From NCBI GenBank assembly GCA_964016885.1, contig CAXHJY010000965.1, positions 1-17,665 on the forward strand: a DNA stretch of 17,665 bases, given 5' to 3'. Below the pieces are notes generated by a model that ran no database searches, had not been told where the DNA came from, and saw nothing but the letters and a program-made list of their open reading frames with translations. The stretch comes from Eledone cirrhosa (lineage: Eukaryota). Made by a program: the position numbers and the translations under genes. Shown piece by piece: positions 1 through 9,240 of this stretch. The stretch's first letter is position 1. The number at the start of each line of letters is the position of its first letter.

Positions 1-227
1 GAGTATTTGTACAACTTTTAATGCCAGCGATTTTCAAGATTTATCGAGATATGAATTACTTCGTTACTGCGTTTCTGCTAATTGAAATTAAGTTCCAGGG
101 AATAACTTAATTGGAATTTAAACAATAACAGTGTTGAAACTGTTACAGGAATGACGAATGTGAATAAAATGACTAAAACCTTGAAATGAAGGTGATTTGT
201 ACTTTACATAAGCATCTATAACTATTA

Positions 228-1562
228 TTGGCACAAGGCCATACATTTTGAGGAAGGACACCAGTTGTTATTTATCGGCCTCAAGAGCACACATACATCT
301 TGAGGAAGGGCACCAGTTGTTATTTATCGGCCTCAAGAGCACACATACATCTTGAGGAAGGGCACCAGTTGTTATTTATCGGTCTCAAGAGCACACATTC
401 ATCTTGAGGAAGGGCACTAGTTGTTATTTATCGGCCTCAAGAGCACACATACATCTTGAGGAAGGGCACCAGTTGTTATTTATCGGCCTCAAGAGCACAC
501 ATACATCTTGAGGAAGGGCACCAGTTGTTATTTATCGGCCTCAAGAGCACACATACATCTTGAGGAAGGGCACCAGTTGTTATTTATCGGCCTCAAGAGC
601 ACACATACATCTTGAGGAAGGGCACCAGTTGTTATTTATCGGCCTCAAGAGCACACATTCATCTTGAGGAAGGGCACTAGTTGTTATTTATCGGCCTCAA
701 GAGCACACATACATCTTGAGGAAGGGCACCAGTTGTTATTTATCGGCCTCAAGAGCACACATACATCTTGAGGAAGGGCACCAGTTGTTATTTATCGGCC
801 TCAAGAGCACACATACATCTTGAGGAAGGGCACCAGTTGTTATTTATCGGCCTCAAGAGCACACATACATCTTGAGGAAGGGCACCAGTTGTTATTTATC
901 GGCCTCAAGAGCACACATACATCTTGAGGAAGGGCACCAGTTGTTATTTATCGGCCTCAAGAGCACACATACATCTTGAGGAAGGGCACCAGTTGTTATT
1001 TATCGGCCTCAAGAGCACACATACATCTTGAGGAAGGGCACCAGTTGTTATTTATCGGCCTCAAGAGCACACATACATCTTGAGGAAGGGCACCAGTTAT
1101 TTATCGGCCTCAAGAGCACACATACATCTTGAGGAAGGGCACCAGTTGTTATTTATCGGCCTCAAGAGCACACATTCATCTTGAGGAAGGGCACCAGTTG
1201 TTATTTATCGGCCTCAAGAGCACACATACATCTTGAGGAAGGGCACCAGTTGTTATTTATCGGCCTCAAGAGCACACATACATATTGAGGAAGCGCGCTA
1301 GTATTTATCGGCTTCACGAGCAACAGTTGTTATCTATCGGTTACAAAGGTACATATACAACTTGAGGAAGGGTACAAAGTTATTTATCGGCTTCAAGGCC
1401 ACACATCTTGAGGAAGGACACCAATTTTTTTATCGACCCCAGAAGCACAAAAGGTTAAGATTACCACCATGCGATTTGAACCCCGAACATAAACAGAAGT
1501 AACCAAATACTACATACAAGACATTAGGTTCGACGCTCTACCAATTCTGCTATCCAACACCC
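228..1562 (-). mobile_element. tRNA-derived SINE, interrupted and expanded by the 52-bp minisatellite
   Basis: The left flank TTGGCACAAGGCC is the reverse complement of the SINE 3' end seen at ~7778-7790 (GGCCTTGTGCCAA). Read on the minus strand, the right flank gives an A box TAGCAGAATTGGTAGAGCG (1552-1534), a B box GGGGTTCAAATC (1484-1473) and GGGGTCGATAAA. Confidence 0.75.
241..1277. repeat. 52-bp minisatellite, 20 near-identical tandem units (plus 3-4 degenerate units to ~1435)
   Basis: Unit ATACATCTTGAGGAAGGGCACCAGTTGTTATTTATCGGCCTCAAGAGCACAC starts at 241, 293, 345 ... 1073 (3-bp deletion), 1122, 1174 and 1226. There are no unique spacers. Confidence 0.98.
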
Positions 1563-2134
1563 TCTACATTATATAAATAGATTGATGTCAGTGTTGAAAC
1601 GGCCGATAATATTAACCTCAGTATTTTAATGGTACTTTATTCTTGATTAAATAACACGAAGTATTTCATCCGATGCTCTACCGATTTTAACATTTGCTTG
1701 ACACAAATATTATAAAGTTCGGAGCAAAGATTTTGGCTATATTTCAAAAGAAAGTGATTTCTCGAAATAGCTAGAATATTTTTGTTAAAAATCGTTAAAA
1801 TATTTAATGATATTTTACACCAGTGTGTGTGTGTGTGTGTGTAATTGAAAAATACCAAGTGGATAAGATGGTCGATTTTCAAATGAAAGATGGTGACTGG
1901 CGGAGATTTGGTTGCTATTACTAGCAAATCTTCTAATCGGCTCATATATATATATATATATATGATAAAGTAAACCTAGCTGTTATATTCTTGTAGTTCC
2001 TCCTATGTATCTCGAAGTACATGGTATAATCTGCTTTTTTCCTTTTAATGACAGCGAGATCACACATACGCACACGCTTTTTATTCTAACGACCTACTCG
2101 GTGTTTTTAGATGTGAAATAGTGTTAATACTCAC

Positions 2135-2247
2135 TAGTGGTACATGCACAGTAATGTGAATTACACCAATATGTGTAATGTGTGAATGGTAAGTAGAAGA
2201 GGTTACAGTCGATGGAACCATAACACAAATCGTGGTCAAAACAACAT
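2135..2247 (-). CDS. Secretory-type phospholipase A2, catalytic exon: (Q)CCFDHDLCYGSIDCNLFYLPFTHYTYWCNSHYCACTT
   Basis: Acceptor tctctttcag|, donor |gtgagt. The phase-2 start joins GAT CA of the previous exon to give DQCCFDHDLCY, the PLA2 His48-Asp49 motif CCxxHDxCY. Confidence 0.93.
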
Positions 2248-2672
2248 CTGAAAGAGATGAAATTATAGGTGAACGATAAAGGAAAGGAAAGGTAAGAGTC
2301 GATATATAGACCGGGCAACGAAACTATAGATCTGTTTCTCTTTACTGTTTTATGTTTGTGTTTATATGGTTAATATCAATAGGAAAATTTAAAGATTCTA
2401 AAAAAACTGCTTATGAAATGGGTGGAGGTGCTCCTTTACCGAAAAATGGTGATCTTAAATTTGGAACTCCAGGAATGAAAAAAAAAAAAAATTTAATTTG
2501 CACATTTATGAATAGAATGAATTGAAATTTGAATTAGAAAAACCGAATTGATGTGAAATAGTGATTCTTAACGACTAGTTACTCCCCAGTCACCCCGAAA
2601 GACCAGTGTAGTGAAATAAGTGCTGATGTTGGCCTGTAGTGAAATAGTACAGATGTTCTTTTGATAACTTAC

Positions 2673-2838
2673 TGATCAATGGAATCTAGAGGTTTCTGGC
2701 CACGTGATCCCAGACCACAGAAACAGCCATAGCCATAGAATTGTTTGCAGGTTTTGTTGGTGTAAGTCTCTATCAGTTGACAATTGTCCAAGAAAGACCG
2801 CTTTAGCCTGCTTTTGTTCCTTTTAAATTTGAAATCCA
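2673..2838 (-). CDS. Secretory-type phospholipase A2, propeptide plus N-terminal/Ca2+-loop exon: DFKFKRNKSRLKRSFLDNCQLIETYTNKTCKQFYGYGCFCGLGSRGQKPLDSID
   Basis: Long polypyrimidine tract then tgcag| acceptor, and |gtaagt donor. YGCFCGLGSRG matches the sPLA2 Ca2+ loop YGCxCGxGxxG and is followed by PxDxxD. The phase-2 intron before CC matches group I/II sPLA2 gene structure. Confidence 0.93.
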
Positions 2839-2874
2839 CTGCACGGAATAGAAAAAGAAAAGAAAAGAAAAAAG

Positions 2875-3242
2875 AAAGCGATTTATTAGATATATCGTGA
2901 TAGATAAACTGCATTGTAGTTGGGGTATTCTATTTAACATGGCGATAGATAAATTCTATACCATATATAGCCTGATTGATGATGCGTGCGACAAGTTTAG
3001 TGCCTACGTCCCCTGATGCCTTCAGCATCTCAGCACACACACACACACACATATATGTATATATATACAATATATTAATAAATGGAAACTATATTTATAA
3101 AACCATATTTATTTTTAAAACCTTATTTATATTTATTTTATAAAATAAATATTGTTAAAGCGATTTATTAGATATATCGTGATAGATAAACTGCATTGTA
3201 GTTGGGGTATTCTATTTAACATGGCGATAGATAAATTCTATA
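2875..3242. repeat. Exact 86-bp direct duplication (2875-2960 and 3157-3242)
   Basis: AAAGCGATTTATTAG...GATAAATTCTATA is identical in both copies, separated by a 196-bp spacer. Confidence 0.97.
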
Positions 3243-3324
3243 GTATTTGAGTTATTTTATATATCATGGCGGTGGGTAAACCATATAGTAGTTGAAAGTG
3301 TAAAGTGAGTATCTTTCAGAAATG

Positions 3325-3432
3325 GTCATGTAGCTAAGAAGTTTAATTTAAAACCACATGGTTCCTGGTTCAATTTAACTATGCGGTCCATGACCCATTC
3401 CAAGTGGAGTTTGTGAGACAGAAATTGAGAGG
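3325..3432 (+). mobile_element. Degenerate SINE fragment (second family)
   Basis: AACCACATGGTTCCTGGTTCAA B-box-like head and GTGGAGTTTGTGAGACAGAAATTGA tail. It resembles the reverse complement of 12190-12300. Confidence 0.45.
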
Positions 3433-3552
3433 GGGAGTAAATGAAGTTAGACGTATTTGCTTACGTCTACGAAACCAATAGTAATGCAAGGATAAGTCAG
3501 ACTGTTAATACATATTTAACTTCCACGTGTTGATTGCTCTTTTGATTCGTTT

Positions 3553-3748
3553 GCACACACACTCACACACACTCACACACTGGCTGACTCACACTCACAC
3601 ATTAGTTGACACTCACACACTAGCTGACTCACACTCACACATTAGCTGACACTCACACTGGCTGACACACACACACACTGACACACAAACCGACGTACAC
3701 ACATACACACAAACCGACACACACACACACTCACACAAACTGGCACAC
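3553..3748. repeat. CA-rich cryptic/compound microsatellite
   Basis: Repeated CTCACAC, AGCTGACTCACAC and CAAACCGAC units. Confidence 0.85.
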
Positions 3749-3889
3749 CACACGTGCACTGTTCTTTCCAGATCGCTGTAATATATAACCAATACATACC
3801 ACAGGAGAAAATAAAAATAACAGCTACCAACACCAGTGAAACAACAATTAGTGCCGACCGCCAGCACATAGACTTTCCTTCTGGAATTA
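3749..3889 (-). CDS. Probable PLA2 exon encoding a hydrophobic signal-anchor (VIPEGKSMCWRSALIVVSLVLVAVIFIFSCGMYWLYITAIWKEQCTC); 3' boundary uncertain
   Basis: Pyrimidine tract then caag| acceptor (in-frame alternative ttccag| at 3880), and a hydrophobic run of ~25-30 aa. The phase-1 donor G|gtgtgc at 3749 keeps frame with exon 2838. Confidence 0.7.
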
Positions 3890-4225
3890 CTTGAACATAT
3901 AAGGGAGGAGAAATTAAATAATTATTCAATTATCAAGCAATGTTAATTAATACAATAATTAAATAATTGTTAATGTATTAACAGCAGGGGACATTGTAAA
4001 GCTGTATTAATCAAAGACTATTATTATTTTCAGTTTTTCAGGAAACTACGGGAGACAACTCCCAATATGTTTCAGGTTTATTGTAACACCGTCAGCGAAG
4101 CATAACCTTCATCATACTTACTGAAATAATAACAAACGTAAAGGATTATACATACAGGATTATATATTGGTTCGTATACACAAAATCTGCGGATTGCTAG
4201 GGTTCCACAGAATTTACATTTGGAA

Positions 4226-4389
4226 CAGAGAGGTAATTAGGGTATGGCAAGCATGGCATGTGCTATGGGAGCTACTTGTAGGAGGTGCCACTTGGATTTA
4301 TGGTTATCTGAAAGATAGCTGTCAGATGTTTGGCAGAGGTGCGATTTCAATGCTTGCCATAGGCGCAATTGTCCCTTGTTACGCCTCTA
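4226..4389. mobile_element. 164-bp non-autonomous hAT-type MITE
   Basis: Imperfect TIRs CAGAGAGGTAATTAGGG and (reverse complement) TAGAGGCGTAACAAGGG. An exact 8-bp TSD ATTTGGAA lies at 4218-4225 and 4390-4397, and the element is GC-richer than its flanks. Confidence 0.8.
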
Positions 4390-4503
4390 ATTTGGAAACG
4401 CTGGTGGTTTAGATGACCCCCCCCCCCTCTCTTATATATATTTACAACAATAAAGTGAATATAAGGAGAAACTGTTTGAAAAGAAAGTAAACTTAATCCT
4501 CAC

Positions 4504-4528
4504 CTGTTGCCGGCTCTCGAGGCTTCAT
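4504..4528 (-). CDS. Probable PLA2 start-codon exon, coding part MKPREPAT(V)
   Basis: ATG at 4528 with an in-frame upstream TGA. The strong donor CAG|gtgagg is phase 1 and matches the phase-1 acceptor at 3889. A possible UTR acceptor ttttctattccag| lies at 4707. Confidence 0.65.
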
Positions 4529-4571
4529 ATTAAAGGTTCGTTTCTTTTGGTGAGATTTAGGAAAGTGTAAA

Positions 4572-4602
4572 CCAATCACTTTTCTCCGAGCCAATCACTT
4601 TT
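4572..4602 (-). promoter_or_regulatory. Tandem CCAAT (NF-Y consensus) boxes just upstream of the PLA2 ATG
   Basis: CCAATCACTTTT occurs at 4572-4583 and 4591-4602, in contexts AACCAATCA and AGCCAATCA. Confidence 0.35.
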
Positions 4603-4774
4603 GTTAGGATATATCAATATATATACATATAATATTGTGTATATATGTATATAAAGTATATCGGGTTAATAAAATCTTTTGTTAATGTTTATACCATGCT
4701 GAGATTTCTGGAATAGAAAATGTGTTAAATATATACATGAATGAATATATAATACTCAAAGAACAGTCAACATT

Positions 4775-4973
4775 GAGTATCGGACAACATGCTTTGCGAT
4801 AAATAGTTACGTCCCTTTACGTTCTGAGTTCAAATCCCACTGAAGTTAGCTTTGCCTTTCATCCTTACAGGGTCTATAAAATAAAGAAGTACCAGTAATG
4901 TACCGGGGTCGATTTAAACGACTTTAACTCCACCCCATAATTGTTGGTTTTGTGCCTAAGTCAGAAATCATTA
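4775..4973 (+). mobile_element. tRNA-derived SINE, 5'-truncated
   Basis: B box GAGTTCAAATCCC, body CTTTGCCTTTCATCC...GTACCAGTA...GGGGTCGATTTAAACGACT, tail TTGTGCCTAAGTCAGAAATCATTA. Confidence 0.9.
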
Positions 4974-4975
4974 AA

Positions 4976-5195
4976 GGCGATGGATTGGCAGTATCGGTAG
5001 AGCGTAGGACATCCTTTGCGGTATAAAGTTACTTCCCTTTACGTTCTGAGTTCAAATCCCGCCTAGGTTAGCTTTGCCTTTCATCTTTACGGAGTCAATA
5101 AAATAAAGTACCAGTAACGCACTGGAGTCGATTTAATCGACTTTCCTAATTCCCCAAATTGTTGGCATTGTACCTAAATCAGAACTCCTTACCAT
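4976..5195 (+). mobile_element. tRNA-derived SINE, near full length, tandem with the previous copy
   Basis: A box TGGCAGTATCGGTAGAGCG, B box GAGTTCAAATCCCGCC, and the same body and tail as 4775-4973. Confidence 0.92.
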
Positions 5196-5708
5196 TAGCG
5201 AAGGATGATGGAAGACTGAAGCTGTAGAATAGGAATTCCCAAACATTTTGTTGTTTCGTGCCGCACTTTAGAGCAATTAATATATTTTTGTACACTTTGT
5301 GCATAAAGCCAAAAAATATATTTAAAAAAAGGGTATTTATTTATTTTAGTCTAGTGATATTACAACTCTTTTCAAAACGATGGTCTACAACATTCATAAG
5401 GAAAACCCTGTGTGTGGTGTGTTTTCCATGTTTTAGCCAATAGTTTCATACCTTAGTAGCTAAAAGTTCTCATAGTAGTACATCTTTTGAAGGAGAAGGT
5501 CATAGGTTATGTAACATCTACTGATACTTTCTAAAACGAGGAATATAGAGACTTTGTGTGATTATATTTACTTCGGGTATCAATGAATAATAAACTCCGA
5601 AGTCAGATATCGCTGCAAGGAAGAAATAAAACGAGCCAGAGAAAATGTATATTACAGTATAGATTAAATGACACCGGCAGGGGCCAACTGCAAATTAGCA
5701 ATATTAAA

Positions 5709-5967
5709 TGTGTGTGTGTATATATGCATACATATATAGAATGTCTCTCTCTCTCTCACATTTATATACACATATATATATATATTTATATATATAGTAC
5801 ACACACACGTGTATATACATACACACAAACACGTATATAGTACACACAAATATACATGTACACACGTATACGTATATATAGTATACACACACATATATAT
5901 ATAGTACACACACAGACACACTTACACACACAAGCATACCCGTATATATAGTACATACACACATATA
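5709..5967. repeat. Compound (TA)/(CA) microsatellite with recurring TATATAGTACACAC units
   Basis: Read directly from the sequence. Confidence 0.85.
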
Positions 5968-7302
5968 AGCTTAAATGAAAACTCTCCCAACTTTAGATTT
6001 AATGAGAAACGTCCAAGAGAGAAGAATATTGTTATGAACTGACGCAAATCTAGAGCTTCCGTCACTTCAGTAAAATATCGTCTGTCTTTCGCTATTTAAC
6101 TTGGTTTAATATGAAACCAATAAAACAGGAACCAGCTGTTTTCTCTTCTTCAGATAACTTTAGAGTAATATCAAGAAGTTCCCCCCGCACACACAAAAGA
6201 CCAATATATACTAAAAATACAATAGCCACATCTTCACAATTTCTTTTCAGTTTTTCAATAAAGTTTTGCCACATTAAGTAAGATACAACCAAATGAAGGC
6301 CGTGAGAAAAACTAAAGAAAAATGAAAGAGAATCAAATAGTTTTCTCCATTTAGACAATCAAAGACTTTATTACAAAGAATCTGGTCTTAGAATAAACAA
6401 ATTTGATAAACTGCGTGTTTACACACACACATACACATACACTTACACACACACACACACACATTTTCTCGCCTCTTCTCTAAGAATTCGGTTTTGTTTC
6501 TGACTGAAAAGGAGATAGGCTCCGCCAGATTCCGAATGTCCAAAACACGCCGTATTGATATAAGATATATGCGAACGCACTCACAATGCAAAAACTACCA
6601 GTCTGAGACAGAGAGAGAGAGAGGACATTTCGAAGCCGATCGTTATATAACTGTCAGGATTGGAAATACAAAATATTGTAAAAGATCTACCAACTATAAC
6701 CAGAATCTTTGAGTATATGGTGTTTAAGAAAAGATTCAACAACAGAACCTCATAGCTGCTTTACAGCTTCCATTGCTTTTTACTTTTATGTTTATTCTTT
6801 CTGTCGTTGGCCTTCCCTATTTAATTTTTTATTCATTTTTATATTCACTTATCTCTGTCTAAATTTTTTGTTTCTCAATTGTAAGAAGTACAAGATACTT
6901 CCCTAAGTCTGTCATGGTTTAATAGCTCTGCACGGACGTTTAAATTGATTACACACATATATACACACACTTAATTACATACACAACATGTTTTGGACTA
7001 TTCTTATCTACCAGAATTTAAATCGCATGGCAATTGGTAGAAGATTCTTGTCCTCTTCTATATGAAATTTACTAACGTTTTTGGTTATCTGAGAAATAAA
7101 AAAAGCCATGCAGTCAGAATATTTTCTATTTTATTAAATCTACAAATCTAAAGTAAAAACCACGACTTATAATCCAGAAATTGAAGCAATTTTACATAAG
7201 ATTTAAAACAAAAAATCACATTAAGAAATTAGTTAACTAAATCCATGTTATCTTACATGAATTATGCGGTTTCAATAATCTCAACGACAATAACAATGGT
7301 AT

Positions 7303-7406
7303 CTGATTTAGGCACAAGGGAAAGTCGATTAAATCGACTCCAGTGCGTTACTGGTACTTTATTTTATCGACCCCGTAAGGATGAAAAGAAAAGCTAACCT
7401 CAGCAG
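7303..7406 (-). mobile_element. SINE 3' half, inverted relative to the adjacent copy
   Basis: 7318-7406 is the reverse complement of 7477-7565 at 84 of 89 positions. Confidence 0.92.
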
Positions 7407-7612
7407 TATCAGTAGAGCGTCGGACAACATGCTTCATGGCATATAGTTACGTGCTTTTATATTCTGAGTTCAAGTCCTGCCGAGGTTAGCTTTACCTTTC
7501 ATCCTTACGGGGTCGATGAAATAAAGTACCAGTAACGTACTGGAGTCGATTTAATCGACTTTCCCCCTCCCCAAAATTACTGGCCTTGTGCCTATACTAG
7601 AAATCCTTATTA
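7403..7612 (+). mobile_element. tRNA-derived SINE
   Basis: GCAGTATCAGTAGAGCG A box, GAGTTCAAGTCC B box, full body, and GGCCTTGTGCC...TTATTATT tail. Confidence 0.92.
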
Positions 7613-7623
7613 TTAGCTAAAAA

Positions 7624-7810
7624 TTGGCAGTATCGGTAGAGGGTCGGATGCCATGCTTTGCAGCATAGAATTACGGCCCTTTAGGGTCTGAGTTCAAATC
7701 CCGCCGAGGTTAACTTTGCCTTTCATCCTTACGGGGTCGATAAAATAAAGTACCAGTAATACAGTGGGATAATTGCTGGCCTTGTGCCAAAAGTAGAAAC
7801 AATTATTATT
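7624..7810 (+). mobile_element. tRNA-derived SINE with internal deletion, bracketed by an 18-bp direct repeat
   Basis: A and B boxes are present. TTATTATTAGCTAAAAAT occurs at 7607-7624 and 7803-7820. Confidence 0.9.
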
Positions 7811-7974
7811 AGCTAAAAATGGCTCTTCAAATTGAGAAGTTTGGCCACTCTTGGTATAGTGGAACGTTTTTGAGTGTGAAGAATATTGGTAAATGGTTTC
7901 AGACTTTGATACAGACATTCTGAACTTTAGCTTTCAGGCTATATTTTGAGTCATCTACTTATATTAAGTACTGT

Positions 7975-8029
7975 TTGAGTGTGTGTGTATGTGTCAGAGT
8001 ATATATAGGTGTATATATGTGCTTATATA

Positions 8030-8072
<43 letters not shown>

Positions 8073-8270
8073 GAGTGTATGTGTGTGTGTATTTGTGAGT
8101 GTATGTGTGTGTGTGTATGTATATATGTGTATATATATGTGTGTGTGTGTATAAGTGTATGAGTGTGTGTGTGTGTATATATATATACATATATGAGTGT
8201 GTGTGCGTATATATATACATATATATGTGTGTGTGTGTAAGTATATATATATCTATGTATATATATGTCT
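7975..8270. repeat. Compound (TA)n/(TG)n microsatellite
   Basis: Read directly from the sequence. Confidence 0.95.
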
Positions 8271-8428
8271 ATAATGTAAGTATGTGTTCAAATATAGACA
8301 TCATTGCATGTGTGAATCTATGTTTTGATGCATGCGTTTGCATATTGCACGCATGGAAACGTACGTTTTTCATGTTTCTGGAATGTTTTACATAGTTTCA
8401 GTTAATATGTATGGACGTACATATGAAA

Positions 8429-8465
<37 letters not shown>

Positions 8466-9041
8466 CTATTTGTATGCATATATTATTACAAGATTTATTA
8501 GCATACACACAAACAAAAAACACCAGCATTTGTGTACGTGTTTGTTTTTCTGTTTGTGTGTTTGCTGGTGTTTCTGTATTTGTGTTTGTTGGCGTGTGTT
8601 TGTATGTTATTCTGACTAATCCTTTTATCTTATACACACACATACACACATACATATATATATATATACACACACATATATATATACACATACTCCCCTC
8701 TGTAGAAAGCAAGTTAGAAGCTCGGCAGGGAGTGTATTTCCTTTGTGTGTGAGAAATACAGTAAATGTAAGTGATATAATATTACAGCTAGCCACAGCTA
8801 CTTAATAAGTGTTAAATAAATTTAGCTTCTTAAAAAACAAAACAAAAGTTCAGTAGAAACAGAGACGCTTGTTGAAAGACAAAGACGAATGTAACAAGTT
8901 CTGATATCCTATTCTCCTTGGCCATTTTAGAAATAGAAATGAGAACATTATCTCTCTTACTCTCTCTAGCACTCTTTGTAAAACTATATTGTAATTGAAA
9001 ACGTATGGGAAGATGTCTTTACTGCATGTATTTCTCTGTGC

Positions 9042-9042
<1 letters not shown>

Positions 9043-9098
<56 letters not shown>
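9043..9098. repeat. (TA)n microsatellite
   Basis: Pure TA run. Others occur at 8430-8460, 9193-9228, 9410-9439 and 10728-10771. Confidence 0.97.
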
Positions 9099-9101
<3 letters not shown>

Positions 9102-9180
9102 GCAAAAATTTAACAGAAATAACAAAGCAAACGACACAGTCCAATGAAGAAATACATCGTTTAACGCTTGATATAATATA

Positions 9181-9240
<60 letters not shown>

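Noticed and set aside
241-1277. CRISPR array
   Set aside because: Units are contiguous and near-identical with no unique spacers, there are no cas genes, and the context is eukaryotic.
1637-1945. 102-aa ORF as the final PLA2 exon
   Set aside because: It lacks the CxCD (Asp99) motif and includes a (CA)n run and a SINE-like fragment.
1985-2095. Minus-strand MCDLAV stretch as the PLA2 Asp99 exon
   Set aside because: The intron would be ~40-50 nt, and both nearby AG acceptors give an immediate stop in phase 1. The final exon is probably outside the window.
4167-4412. 81-aa plus-strand ORF
   Set aside because: It lies across the hAT-type MITE and has no recognisable domain.
4976-5065. tRNA gene
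   Set aside because: The A and B boxes are SINE heads with no complete cloverleaf, and are followed by the SINE body.
5520-5688. Minus-strand candidate exon after tttgcag acceptor
   Set aside because: No convincing donor or homology, so it cannot be supported.
8691-8736. Stowaway-like TACTCCC...GGGAGTGTA element
   Set aside because: The inverted match is too short and imperfect.
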